Source: Leptospiraceae bacterium (GTDB taxonomy: Bacteria > Spirochaetota > Leptospiria > Leptospirales > Leptonemataceae). From it: a stretch of 64,000 nt of DNA. Positions within the stretch are counted from its first letter, which is position 1. Every line of letters begins with the position of its first letter. Location of the stretch: positions 1 to 64,000 of the forward strand of contig JAVJNR010000004.1 in the NCBI GenBank assembly GCA_040217195.1, written 5' to 3'. The translations under genes were made by a program, and so were the position numbers. Positions 51,565 to 61,839 of the stretch are shown one piece after another. The notes beneath the pieces were generated by a model. That model had not been told where the DNA came from. It searched no databases and saw only the letters and a list, made by a program, of their open reading frames with translations.

Positions 51565-52779
51565 ATGCTGCATGGATTCCAGCCTTTCCCATCCTACACC
51601 GCTCAACGGGGAAGCCTGCGTCCGGCCAGAGGCTGGATTCTGATCTTTCTACTTTGCATATCCGTTGTTCAATGCCAGGAAACGCCGGAGGAAACCATTC
51701 TGCGCCTGGAACAGCAACTCCAGGCCGGCCGATTCAAAGAGACCAGAACAGAAATTGACCAATTGATTCAGCAGAACAACGAAGAGAATTCCCTGACTCT
51801 TTCTTCCAAACCTGCAGATCGTGTTTTTGCAGTGAGTCTCGATCATACAGCTTTTTCCTGGTACGAGAATGGAAAGCTGACTTACAGAACCCTGGGAATA
51901 GTAAAGGAAGTGGGCCTGCCTCAGAAGCCGGATCAAATCATACTTTCCTATTCAGGCAAGACAGCACTGGCGGAGTACAGAAACAGAGCCGGTAGCGAAG
52001 GAAAATGCAGCTACGATCTAATTCAACTGATTCAGGGAAGCATTAAACCGGATATCCTGGTCACAGATTGCGAAAATCAGCCTGCATTGACCGATACCGG
52101 TGATCGAGTGTATTTCTCGGACGGCAAGCATCTGTTTTTGAAGGATGTCACAGATGATAAAACTGCCATGGTAGTGCCCAGAGGAGCTTTCAAAGAGAAG
52201 TTCAAAAAAGTGAAGAACCGGTTTCATCTGGTGGGACTGCCTTCAGGCTCCATCTGGATATTTTATGGAGAGGCAGGGTACTATAACCTTTACTATTACA
52301 CGGGCACCGGTCGGCCGGAGCTTTTTATCGAAGGGGTTGCCAGTCCCCGGCTTTTTGGCTCAGTGCCTCGGAATTTTCTGGAAGGCGATGGAAATGAACA
52401 ACTCCAGGCAGAGAGCCTTTTTTCCGGCGATCCAGCTGTGTTTATGTACACCGGTGCTGCCGGAAATTACAAACTTCAAATGGTGAATCTACCCAATCAA
52501 AAAGGTCCGGAATACGATGTAGGAGTCCGGGATGATCTATTTTATGTCGCGGAAAAAGAGGAATTCCTTTTGCAAAGGAAGGATTATCTCAGTTTCCTCA
52601 ACCCAACGAGCAGAAAATACACACAACTTCCTCTGGAAGTAAAAAGAATCTTTGTATATTCAGAGGGTGTAGCTTACGTTGATCTGGAAGGCAAGCTACT
52701 GCTTAGATCCAGAGGATTTTCAGATTTCGAAAAAAATCTGCACCGACTTAAAGAAGAAGTGGCCTCCGAGAGTCGATAA
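51565..52779 (+). CDS. hypothetical lipoprotein, beta-rich
   Basis: VVQC spirochaetal lipobox, 404-aa ORF; start uncertain. Confidence 0.7.
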   Translation: MLHGFQPFPSYTAQRGSLRPARGWILIFLLCISVVQCQETPEETILRLEQQLQAGRFKETRTEIDQLIQQNNEENSLTLSSKPADRVFAVSLDHTAFSWYENGKLTYRTLGIVKEVGLPQKPDQIILSYSGKTALAEYRNRAGSEGKCSYDLIQLIQGSIKPDILVTDCENQPALTDTGDRVYFSDGKHLFLKDVTDDKTAMVVPRGAFKEKFKKVKNRFHLVGLPSGSIWIFYGEAGYYNLYYYTGTGRPELFIEGVASPRLFGSVPRNFLEGDGNEQLQAESLFSGDPAVFMYTGAAGNYKLQMVNLPNQKGPEYDVGVRDDLFYVAEKEEFLLQRKDYLSFLNPTSRKYTQLPLEVKRIFVYSEGVAYVDLEGKLLLRSRGFSDFEKNLHRLKEEVASESR

Positions 52780-52801
52780 TCGTACCGATTCGGGGAGAAT
52801 T

Positions 52802-53434
52802 ATGCGAACACAAAAATTAACCATTCTATTGCTCTGCGGCCTACTGGCACTGAGCGGATGTACCAGCGACGATGAAGTTGCCGAAGGGGATCTGATCGGA
52901 CCTCTGGTGGGCACGGACGGATATATCACTTTTTTTGCAGAACTGGATAATGATCAGACTCCGTACTGCGGCGAATCCAAAGCGGAATCTTCGGACTCTG
53001 AAAGCGGTTCCAGTTCCAGTTCAGAGGATGCAGACAGCTTTGATATAGAAAGCTTCTACACATTCAAATATGGCGAACAGATGATCCTTCGCTATACCTA
53101 TGACCGCTATAGAACTAAGTACAGTCTCACTCCCATCTCGGCCACCAGTCAGACCTGCTCAACAACAGATGGAATTACCTGCGATGGAGTGGGTCCACTC
53201 ACCTGTCAGACTTCCGATGGGCTTACCTGTGGGCTTTCCAAGACTTTTATATTTGTAAGTACCTGGCAGGGAATTTCCTTCACCGCATCCAGCGGTAGCA
53301 TCAGCTGGAGGGATGGATTTTCCCTATCCACCGATAACAGTACCGTTCAGTATGCGGATCTGGAAATGAATATGGTGGATGCTTCCGGAACGATCTTCCG
53401 AGGAACAGTCAGGTGCAGAAGTGATCTCAACTAA
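52802..53434 (+). CDS. Cys/Ser-rich lipoprotein
   Basis: LSGC lipobox; TCxTxDGxTC motif twice. Confidence 0.75.
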   Translation: MRTQKLTILLLCGLLALSGCTSDDEVAEGDLIGPLVGTDGYITFFAELDNDQTPYCGESKAESSDSESGSSSSSEDADSFDIESFYTFKYGEQMILRYTYDRYRTKYSLTPISATSQTCSTTDGITCDGVGPLTCQTSDGLTCGLSKTFIFVSTWQGISFTASSGSISWRDGFSLSTDNSTVQYADLEMNMVDASGTIFRGTVRCRSDLN

Positions 53435-53446
53435 GCATCTGAATCC

Positions 53447-54601
53447 ATGACCCGAACAAGACCCACCCTTACCGTAATTCTACCAACCTATAACGAATCT
53501 GCAAACCTGCCTATTCTCCTGGGAAATCTGAAGACTACTCTGTCTCAAATTTCCCATGAGATTCTGGTGGTGGATGATAACAGCCCGGATCGCACCTGGG
53601 AGATTGCAGAGGATATTGCTGCAGGCGACGATACCATTCGTGTGATTCGTCGCATTACGGATCGCGGACTATCCAGCGCGGTGATTACTGGAATGGAAGT
53701 GGCCGAAGGGGAAATATTTGCTGTAATGGATGCTGACCTGCAGCACGATGAAAACCTGTTACCTGGAATGGTGAAGGCGCTACAGGGCGGCTATGACCTG
53801 GTGGTTGGCTCGCGTGCAGAAGAAGGCGGAAGCTATGGTCAGTGGTCCAAGAGGCGACGATTCATTAGCTGGGTGGCCACTTTCCTGGCCCGAGTATTTC
53901 TGCCACTGGAAATCAAAGATCCTATGAGTGGTTTCTTTGCACTGAAGCGAGAAGTATTTGAGAAATCGGCCAATCGAATCAACCCCAGGGGATTCAAGAT
54001 TCTATTGGAATTTGTGGCAAGAAGTCCAGGCCTAAAGATGAAGGAGCTTGGATATCACTTTCGCAATCGACAGCATGGAGAAACCAAGCTCAGCGGCTCG
54101 GTGGTGCGAAACTATCTGGTAGCTCTGTTTGATTTAAGATTCGGTCATGTACTTTCATCTACGTTTGCCATGTATGTTTCGGTGGGAGCCACCGGTATTA
54201 TCGTAAACACATTGGGCTTCTATTTCGGAGAGGCTCTGGATTTTCCCAAAGTGGATACAGGGCTTCTGGATGCTCTGGGACCTGTACATCTTTCCGTACC
54301 GTTCGGTTATCAGCTGGCTATCGTATCCAATTATCTACTGAACAACTATTTGACCTTTTTCGAAGTTCGTCACAGACGATGGGATTTACTCAAGGGCCTA
54401 CTTTACTTCGAGCTAATCTCATTGCTGGGGCTTTTTGTGCAAATCAGCGTTTTTCAATTATTGTATACAAATGGATTTCTGGGCTCCACAGATTCAGAAG
54501 CTATCAGTAAATACGGCGCTTATGCTGTTGGCCTGGCGGCAGCCACTGTCAGCAATTACTTCCTGAATAAGAACTTCACCTGGAAGGACTTTCGATCATG
54601 A
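53447..54601 (+). CDS. GT2 polyprenol-phosphate glycosyltransferase fused to a GtrA-like domain
   Basis: PTYNE, VDDNSPD, MDADLQH, DPMSGFF; C-terminal four TM segments with NYFLNKNFTW. Confidence 0.9.
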   Translation: MTRTRPTLTVILPTYNESANLPILLGNLKTTLSQISHEILVVDDNSPDRTWEIAEDIAAGDDTIRVIRRITDRGLSSAVITGMEVAEGEIFAVMDADLQHDENLLPGMVKALQGGYDLVVGSRAEEGGSYGQWSKRRRFISWVATFLARVFLPLEIKDPMSGFFALKREVFEKSANRINPRGFKILLEFVARSPGLKMKELGYHFRNRQHGETKLSGSVVRNYLVALFDLRFGHVLSSTFAMYVSVGATGIIVNTLGFYFGEALDFPKVDTGLLDALGPVHLSVPFGYQLAIVSNYLLNNYLTFFEVRHRRWDLLKGLLYFELISLLGLFVQISVFQLLYTNGFLGSTDSEAISKYGAYAVGLAAATVSNYFLNKNFTWKDFRS

Positions 54602-55743
54602 AACTAGAAAACGGCACACCCGAAATCAATAAACAGTATCCGACATTGGGCCGTTTCCGGTGGAGGAATCCAGCATGGTCTGCGACATTGATTATAATAA
54701 TTACGACGTTGATACAATGTGGAACCGCCGCTACCATCGCCTCCATTGATCGCCCTCGCCCGATTATCGATCTTGGTCGTGTTGTTCTGGAGCCAATGCA
54801 GAAGTCTTCGGATGGTCAGGCCAGAGTCATTGTCCGAAAAACCCGGGAAGGTCAGGACTATATGCTTTTGAACCTTTCTTTTCAAGGCGCAGGCATCCAT
54901 CTTGTAGAAGCAATCAAGCAAGGCAGGATTCTGGAGCACCGAATCATTGTGCGAAATGCAAAAGGAGAGATCCTGGGTACCAACCCGATTAATTTTCAGG
55001 CAGTGAAAGTAACCAGAACCAGAATTCAGCAAGATGAACAGGAAGTTCTGGTTACAGAAGAAAACACTACAGTACCTTTTGAAGAGGCGGCAGGAGAAAC
55101 GGAAACCGTTAAGCGTAGCTATTCTCTAAGATCCTTTGATGAAGATGATCGAATTCCTCAGTCCATTGTTCTGACGAAAGTGCCTCAAGCAGGAGACTAT
55201 GTAACCGTCTACATCGAATTGAGCCTTGTAGATCCAGTGCTACAGGAACTGTGCACAACTATTGAATCTGGAGCCTGCCCCAGAGCACATTCCATGCCTT
55301 TTCGAGAAGTGCAACAGGACAATGAGGATGCCCTGAATGAAATCATTCAGCGATACAAAAATTATGAGAAAGGCCCGTTTCGCTTCTCTCTGAAGAAAAC
55401 TCCCGATTACTACAGAGATTCCATCAAAGAAGAAATCGAAAAACTAAACGAAAGAGATACTCATGATCGGTATACTCAATTCCAGACTCCGGCTGGTAAT
55501 AAATTCGAAGGCTACTCTAACGTCGCTAGAACTGGAAGCAAGGTGTTCTATCGAGAGTGGAAACTGGTGGGAGAGCCCCGGTACTTTCAGGTTTCTCTGG
55601 AAAAGGATGTGGTAGAATCCATCGAGCAGAAGGAAAAGAAAGAGCAGGCTAAAAAGAAACAGGACCTGGAAGGTAGAGATGACATGCTGCGTAACCCGGA
55701 AGGATCCTACGATGAAGTCTACAAACCAGAGGGCGGCTATTAG
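54598..55743 (+). CDS. hypothetical lipoprotein
   Basis: LIQC lipobox-like segment, ATGA overlap with the upstream gene. Confidence 0.7.
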   Translation: MKLENGTPEINKQYPTLGRFRWRNPAWSATLIIIITTLIQCGTAATIASIDRPRPIIDLGRVVLEPMQKSSDGQARVIVRKTREGQDYMLLNLSFQGAGIHLVEAIKQGRILEHRIIVRNAKGEILGTNPINFQAVKVTRTRIQQDEQEVLVTEENTTVPFEEAAGETETVKRSYSLRSFDEDDRIPQSIVLTKVPQAGDYVTVYIELSLVDPVLQELCTTIESGACPRAHSMPFREVQQDNEDALNEIIQRYKNYEKGPFRFSLKKTPDYYRDSIKEEIEKLNERDTHDRYTQFQTPAGNKFEGYSNVARTGSKVFYREWKLVGEPRYFQVSLEKDVVESIEQKEKKEQAKKKQDLEGRDDMLRNPEGSYDEVYKPEGGY

Positions 55744-55848
55744 AAGCCCATGGTAAATCGAGTATCAGATTAGACCGGTGCTTCCCGGTGTAGAACGTAA
55801 TTCTGGAAATCCGGCTCTGGAATGGGCCATTAATCTCCGGAGTTGAGC

Positions 55849-56790
55849 CTATAGATCCAGAACATCACCCTGTTTTGCAAGTAACAGTTCCAGCTTATTT
55901 CCGTACTGTTTATTGTGCTCCACCGCTTCCTCGAATAGCTTATAAGTAGTGAAATCATCGTGGGCCGGTTCGTGGTGAGTCAGGGCCAGCTTTTTAATTC
56001 CCCATTCTATAGCACAATCCACAGCAATGACCATTGCTGTATGCCCCCATCCGATTTTCTGTTCGGACTCCTTGAGCGAGTACTGTGCATCCATAATCAA
56101 TAGATCAGCGTTCTTGAAAAATGGCTTCTTGGCCTTGATCAAATCCTCCAGATCCGGACCGTAGAATTCTGTATCTGTGGCAAATATGAAAGTCTTGCCT
56201 TCCCGATCCACTCTGTAGGAAGTACTGCCTCCGGGATGAATCAGTGCTTCGGTCTTAATATCGAATTCACCAACCTTGAAGCTGTCTCCCTGTTCGTAAG
56301 TATGGAAGGTCTTATCCGCCATCATCTGCTCGAAGCTCAAAGGAAAGAATTCGAATTGCTGCTGGCTGGTAAAACGCTTCTGGCAATCCGGAATGCAGGA
56401 ATGAAAATGCACATGATTTCCAGGAATGAATCCAGGGGCAAAGAAAGGCCAGCCCTGAATATGATCCCAGTGTGTATGGGTCATTAGAATATGCAGATCC
56501 CCTTTATGGCCGCGGGCCATCATATCATAGCCCAGCCTTCTGGCTCCGGTTCCCATATCAAATATCAATTGCTCATCGCCGCTACGAACCTCTACGCAGG
56601 TTGTATCGCCGCCTACGATACCGGCCAGGGGAGGCGACAAACTTTCATAGACTTCATCCACGGAAAGCTCAGGATCCTTCTTCCACGCAGCTCTGGCCTT
56701 ATCCAGTATTTCATGGACTCGACTTCTGTAATCCCGGGGATCCAGAGGGGATGGCAGGGAGCCTCGGACACCCCATAATTTTATTTGCAC
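55849..56790 (-). CDS. MBL-fold metallo-hydrolase
   Basis: WGVRGS, THTHWDHIQG, HPGG, GWGH, THHEP. Confidence 0.92.
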   Translation of the reverse strand: MQIKLWGVRGSLPSPLDPRDYRSRVHEILDKARAAWKKDPELSVDEVYESLSPPLAGIVGGDTTCVEVRSGDEQLIFDMGTGARRLGYDMMARGHKGDLHILMTHTHWDHIQGWPFFAPGFIPGNHVHFHSCIPDCQKRFTSQQQFEFFPLSFEQMMADKTFHTYEQGDSFKVGEFDIKTEALIHPGGSTSYRVDREGKTFIFATDTEFYGPDLEDLIKAKKPFFKNADLLIMDAQYSLKESEQKIGWGHTAMVIAVDCAIEWGIKKLALTHHEPAHDDFTTYKLFEEAVEHNKQYGNKLELLLAKQGDVLDL

Positions 56791-56883
56791 CGATTCATCC
56801 TCATAGAGCAGTGTTTCTTCTCAAACAGGCGTACTCTTGTATTTTCGGCCACTTTTGGACCGTATAGTTGGAAAAAAGCAATC

Positions 56884-57576
56884 ATGACCTCCTTAACACT
56901 ACAAAAGAAATTGTTCCATATTGCATCCAGACGCAGGAAATTCCTGGAGCACAGGGCCGTTATCTCCTGGCAGGAATTTCGAGCCCTGAGAGAAGATGAG
57001 ATCTTTACCAGAACCGACAATCCCAGGGTTCTGGAACTGGGTAGTGGATGGGGCGAATTTGCCATTCAATGGGCCCAGACTCATCCAGAGCAGGAATTTG
57101 TGGCCATGGAGATCAAGCCGGATCGCATATCCTCCACTCTAAAAAAAATCGATAACCTGGGACTGGAAAATCTGAAAATCCTTCCGATCAACTTCTCCTG
57201 GTTTCTGGAGGAGCTATTTCCGGCTCATACCTTTGACACAGTGTTTGTAAATTTTCCGGATCCCTGGCCCAAGAAGAGACACTGGAAACATCGACTGGTG
57301 CAGCCTTCCTTTCCTGAAACAATTCATAGACTTATGAGGGGCCATGGTTTGTTACATCTTGCCACAGATCATGGTCCTTACAGCAGACGAATTCTCCAGA
57401 GATTTAGAGAATATCCCGATCTTTGGAAAAGCAGAATACCGGCACCTGGCTATACTCTGAACAGGCCAGAAGAAATACCGGAAACCAGGTTTGAGAGAAT
57501 TCAAACCCGGCTGGGCTTTAAGCCCAGATTCATGCAATGGGAGCGATTAGATGAGCGATTCGCAAAAAGCCAATGA
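56884..57576 (+). CDS. trmB: tRNA (guanine-N7)-methyltransferase
   Basis: LELGSGWG, NFPDPWPKKRH, LATD, TRFE. Confidence 0.93.
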   Translation: MTSLTLQKKLFHIASRRRKFLEHRAVISWQEFRALREDEIFTRTDNPRVLELGSGWGEFAIQWAQTHPEQEFVAMEIKPDRISSTLKKIDNLGLENLKILPINFSWFLEELFPAHTFDTVFVNFPDPWPKKRHWKHRLVQPSFPETIHRLMRGHGLLHLATDHGPYSRRILQRFREYPDLWKSRIPAPGYTLNRPEEIPETRFERIQTRLGFKPRFMQWERLDERFAKSQ

Positions 57577-57802
57577 AAAAGCTGTACCTTCCGGTTCGCC
57601 GGCGGACAATTCCGGTAAAGGTAAGCGAATCAGTCGTCAGACCATTGAAACGCTGATAGAACAGAACCGTCGGATGCGAGACCTCCTGGAAAGCTGGCCC
57701 CCTCGAAAGATCATGATGGGATTTGAAAAGGATTGGAATGAAAAAAGGAAGCGATTCCTGGATAATAATTCTCCTGTTTCTCTGGGGTCCGATCAGGAAT
57801 GA
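57551..57802 (+). CDS. small hypothetical protein
   Basis: 83-aa ORF overlapping both neighbours in the same orientation. Confidence 0.55.
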   Translation: MSDSQKANEKAVPSGSPADNSGKGKRISRQTIETLIEQNRRMRDLLESWPPRKIMMGFEKDWNEKRKRFLDNNSPVSLGSDQE

Positions 57803-59712
57803 TTCCTGTTTTATTTCTGCTTTTTCTGGCAGGCCTTTCCTTTACTACCCCTGGAAACCTGGGTTTTGGACTCAAGCATTACCACGGACATGCAGCAATT
57901 ATTCTAATTCTGCTGCCTCTGGCCCTGCCATTTGAAACCTATCTTCGAAACACTCCTCTGGTGCGAAAGCTAGAGGCATGGAGTCATAGCCCTTACCCGG
58001 GTCGTTTTCCCTTTACCAGACCTACCTGGCGCAGCATTCTCTGGACCCCGGTTATTGCTCCTCTGCTTTTTTATGGACTCTGGATTATTCGGATGAGGCG
58101 TTTTCTACCACCTCCGGAGGGTCTTGGAGATAGCCTGCTGCTTCTGGAGCATCTACCGGCCCATGCAATTCATCTGGGTTATCTTGGAACCTTCGATGAA
58201 ATCCTGGCTCTGTTCTGGCGCTCCAGGATATATCTCTGGCTGAACAATAGTACCGGTATGTCAGCTGCAGATTCCATCGGTCTGGTAAGTTGCCTGGTGG
58301 GAACTCTACATGGTCTGGCAGTATATCTATTCACGGATCGCCTTAAACCTGTAAGACGTCTGGCAGCCATTGCATTACTTTTCTGCGTTCCTGCGATGCA
58401 ACTGTATGCCGGATACGTAGAGAATTATAGTTCTGCTTCCTTTTTTCTATTCCTTACCGTTGTTACTGGAATTGTGCAGCTGGAGCGATGGAAAGCGGAT
58501 CGACCGGTGTATCCAGAGTATCCTGCACTTTTCGCAGCACTGGGTGCAGCCCACCATATGATCGTTGTATTTTCGCTACCGGCTCTTCTATTGCTGGTTC
58601 TCATTCTTTCCAGCAAATCGAGGAAGATCAACTGGAAAGAATTTTTGGTCCTGTCTTCCCGGGCGGCCGTTGCAGGCCTACTGGTTCTGGGCATAGTATG
58701 GTACTATTTCTTTTTTGTGATCTCCAACCCGATTGAGTTGCATAAGTCCTTCGCATTTCAGCCAGCTCTGTATCCCATTAAGAAGTTAATCTCTTTCAGT
58801 CATCTAATAGAAGGATTAAATGTACTGGTACTGGTGGCTCCGGCAATCATTGGATTGAGCGGTGTATGGCTACCAGGTCCTGGAATCTGGATTCCAGAAG
58901 CCCTGGCATGCCTGCGAAAATTGCCCCGGAATATCAAAGAAAGTATCGAGAAAGCACAGGACGGAATCGGAAAAAAATCAGATCCGGAACAGCCCTCCGA
59001 GGATGGGGGCAATCAGAGGCAAGAACCGTTATCGGAGCAGTCCAGCAAATCTAGTTTCCGGTTCAAGCTATGGAAAGCAATGGCCGGGCTTTTTGATCGA
59101 TTCTGGCAATATGCTGAGAAGCAACCTGCAGAGGTATTTTCTCTGGCCGTTTTTTTCTGTTTTCTGGGCCATAGCTTTATCTGGAACCCGGTGATTGGCT
59201 TTCCTGCAGACTGGGATCTATTTTCATTCTACCAGGGGCCTCTGCATATTTTTCTTTATCTGCGAATCTTTGTTCGTGAAGAGGCCTTTCTATTTCTGTG
59301 GCTCAGAAGGGCCCTTCTATTTACCCTGCTTCCTGCATTTCTATGGATTTCCGAGAATGCACGGTATTCCCGCGAAAGCCAGTTTCACATCGCCCAGGCC
59401 AACAGAAACCTGGTTCAATTTCTGGGTCTGATGCAAACCGAAAGCATATTCTTTCGCATCCCTACTCTGCAGAGACAACGCACCTATATTGAAGTGCGAA
59501 TGTTCATTGTGAGAGCCTGGAATCAAATACCCTATCTTCGGGTATCCGAAGATAAGAAAGATGAACTGAGGGAACGCCTGAGGCAGGGACTTATGAGATT
59601 TCAATCCCTATCTTTACAGAGCAAGGAAATCTACGATGAGCAACTTCCCGACGTTTACTATTTTCTGGGCGATTTAAATGCTGAAATAAGTGAGTTGCAG
59701 AGAATTCGCTAG
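57799..59712 (+). CDS. polytopic membrane protein, possibly GT-C fold
   Basis: More than 10 hydrophobic segments, GD in the first loop, YVENY and DWDLF motifs. Confidence 0.65.
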   Translation: MIPVLFLLFLAGLSFTTPGNLGFGLKHYHGHAAIILILLPLALPFETYLRNTPLVRKLEAWSHSPYPGRFPFTRPTWRSILWTPVIAPLLFYGLWIIRMRRFLPPPEGLGDSLLLLEHLPAHAIHLGYLGTFDEILALFWRSRIYLWLNNSTGMSAADSIGLVSCLVGTLHGLAVYLFTDRLKPVRRLAAIALLFCVPAMQLYAGYVENYSSASFFLFLTVVTGIVQLERWKADRPVYPEYPALFAALGAAHHMIVVFSLPALLLLVLILSSKSRKINWKEFLVLSSRAAVAGLLVLGIVWYYFFFVISNPIELHKSFAFQPALYPIKKLISFSHLIEGLNVLVLVAPAIIGLSGVWLPGPGIWIPEALACLRKLPRNIKESIEKAQDGIGKKSDPEQPSEDGGNQRQEPLSEQSSKSSFRFKLWKAMAGLFDRFWQYAEKQPAEVFSLAVFFCFLGHSFIWNPVIGFPADWDLFSFYQGPLHIFLYLRIFVREEAFLFLWLRRALLFTLLPAFLWISENARYSRESQFHIAQANRNLVQFLGLMQTESIFFRIPTLQRQRTYIEVRMFIVRAWNQIPYLRVSEDKKDELRERLRQGLMRFQSLSLQSKEIYDEQLPDVYYFLGDLNAEISELQRIR

Positions 59713-59778
59713 AAACCTGCCAGAGCCTGTTTCAGGGCTCCGGGTTGGTATCAGGGCGCCGAATTGAGGGTCCTCGGC

Positions 59779-60042
59779 TTAATCGGACACAGACAGGAAC
59801 AATGCAGATGTGCTGCAACGGGCATCACAATCGGCTGTACAGATCTGAAAGGCCCGGAAATCTGATCCATCCCCCGGATAACCTGTAGTAGTGCTACAGG
59901 TATCGTAACAGGAATCAATACCGGTGGGGCAAAGCACCAGATACTCGATTAGAGCTTCCTGAGTTGCATCAGGATCTTTCTTGCACTGCCCGAAAGAGAA
60001 GGCTACTATGCTGATAAGAAGAATGATTGCGATTCGACCCAT
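59779..60042 (-). CDS. small Cys-rich lipoprotein
   Basis: FGQC lipobox and six further Cys residues. Confidence 0.7.
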   Translation of the reverse strand: MGRIAIILLISIVAFSFGQCKKDPDATQEALIEYLVLCPTGIDSCYDTCSTTTGYPGDGSDFRAFQICTADCDARCSTSALFLSVSD

Positions 60043-60060
60043 GTCCCACCAATTCCCGAA

Positions 60061-60597
60061 TTGTCTATGATTGCACAATCCTTATTTTACCGGTTTTACG
60101 CCCTTCTGTCGCGCATGAATTTTGACCTTATTCAAAATGACAGAATAAAATACATATACCTGGTATGGGTACGTAGCGGCAAGGAAATTCTTTCCTCATT
60201 GCTCACCGGCCACCGCAGGGGTTTACTTCTTCTTTTCACTGTTCTTTTTCTGATTACTACGGGCTGTTCTACAGTCCAACATGGATTCAGTCTTTCGGAT
60301 GGAAACTGTGATTGTAGGCGCAGCTTCTATTTTTTGAGCCAGAACCATCCCCGGGGGGCGAAGTTGGCTCTGGAGGGGGACTATGCGGGAGCTCAGCAAG
60401 TGTTCAAACAGCAGCTGGATGCAGCCCATTTTGAAGAGGCCTGCTTGATAGAAAACAATCTGGGCCTGGTGGCCATGCTTCAAAACCATCCCCAGAAGGC
60501 CCTGCAGCATCTCTGGGAGGCCCATTCCCGGTGTCCGAATAACTCTACGATAGAAGAGAACCTCAAAAACCTGCTTTCCAGAATCCCGGCATCCTGA
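60061..60597 (+). CDS. TPR-like lipoprotein (start uncertain)
   Basis: TTGC lipobox; NNLGLV..A...L..A...P TPR pattern. Confidence 0.65.
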   Translation: MSMIAQSLFYRFYALLSRMNFDLIQNDRIKYIYLVWVRSGKEILSSLLTGHRRGLLLLFTVLFLITTGCSTVQHGFSLSDGNCDCRRSFYFLSQNHPRGAKLALEGDYAGAQQVFKQQLDAAHFEEACLIENNLGLVAMLQNHPQKALQHLWEAHSRCPNNSTIEENLKNLLSRIPAS

Positions 60598-60608
60598 CTT
60601 TTTTCCCT

Positions 60609-61079
60609 GTGAATTCCCGGGAAGACTCACTGCTAAACGGTCTCGCTATCAGGATGCGAGCAAATGCGTTTTGCCTGCTTCTGGGCAGTTTATTCTTATC
60701 CGGAAACTGCGAATCTCCTGATCCGGTATCCTCTGAGTATTATCTACTTTCGCCTCTTCTAATTGCCGGCATTCAGCGCCCTTCGGCGCCTTCGAATCTA
60801 ACGGTGGCCTACGATTTGCCTTCGGAAAGTATCTATTTGCAGTGGCAGGCCTCTGTAGACCCGGATACCGGAGCTATCTGGAATGATTATAGAATCTATC
60901 TTTTCTTAAGCACTCCTCCGGCCAATATCTATCAAGATCGGTATCGTTTGGCCAGCACATCCAGAACCTACTATTCCCTTCCTTCCGATCCATTCAACGG
61001 AACCGTATATTTCGCAATTACGGCCCATGAGAGAGGTTCGGAAAGTCATCCAAGTAATTTTGCAGAGCTGAGTTTATAG
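60609..61079 (+). CDS. fibronectin type III-like lipoprotein
   Basis: PSAPSNL, LQWQAS.D, YRIY, YFAITA, ES.PSN. Confidence 0.72.
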   Translation: MNSREDSLLNGLAIRMRANAFCLLLGSLFLSGNCESPDPVSSEYYLLSPLLIAGIQRPSAPSNLTVAYDLPSESIYLQWQASVDPDTGAIWNDYRIYLFLSTPPANIYQDRYRLASTSRTYYSLPSDPFNGTVYFAITAHERGSESHPSNFAELSL

Positions 61080-61089
61080 GTATTTCGCA

Positions 61090-61824
61090 ATGCGATTTTC
61101 ACAGGAGCAAATTCATACATTGGTGCAGACCTTTAGTTTCAATAGTTCAGATTCCGGGCAGCCTGATCTGGCCATTCAAGATTTAACATCCAATACATTT
61201 GGCCCCGGGTTTCAGAACGATTCCGCTATTTCCAGTTTAACACCATCAAACAGACGGTTCCACGGAGGCAAACTCCAGCCTCCCGGCAAATGGCTGCTAC
61301 GAGTTTTGCGGATTCTGACTCTACCGATTTTACTTTCAATAGTGATTCCAGTTTCAGCCATCCAGGCCAGTCCGGATACCCCCCATGCAATCTGGCCTGA
61401 AATATTCCTGCCAGGTTATAATGCATTTAGAAACGAATCCTACGTTGGCGCTGGATTTATGCTACTTGGGCGAATACTGACTTTCTATGGAGCGTATCAT
61501 TATCACAATCGCTACGTAAACTACAACAGCGCGGCCAGTGCTGCCAGGGTGGCGGATCTGTACTACGGGCCCGGGCTGGAGTATGCAGATCCATACAGCA
61601 GAGATTATTTGAGCAGTCAGGAAATGGAGAATCGGGCCGGACGTTCGCAGAACTACTCCCATCTGGCGATTGCCATCCATCTGGGCCTTACCGGCGCCGG
61701 TTTGTTTCAGGGGTATCGCATTCAGCAGGGTATCCAGGAAAGAAACCTGAAGGAGCTACAAATCAAGGCTGCCTCTACTGGCCACAGGCCAGGTCTGCAA
61801 TACACCTGGAGAATTGATTTCTAA
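61090..61824 (+). CDS. hypothetical membrane/exported protein
   Basis: 244-aa ORF with an LPG motif, TM segments and C-terminal Phe. Confidence 0.6.
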   Translation: MRFSQEQIHTLVQTFSFNSSDSGQPDLAIQDLTSNTFGPGFQNDSAISSLTPSNRRFHGGKLQPPGKWLLRVLRILTLPILLSIVIPVSAIQASPDTPHAIWPEIFLPGYNAFRNESYVGAGFMLLGRILTFYGAYHYHNRYVNYNSAASAARVADLYYGPGLEYADPYSRDYLSSQEMENRAGRSQNYSHLAIAIHLGLTGAGLFQGYRIQQGIQERNLKELQIKAASTGHRPGLQYTWRIDF

Positions 61825-61839
61825 TCTCTAATTTGCGAT

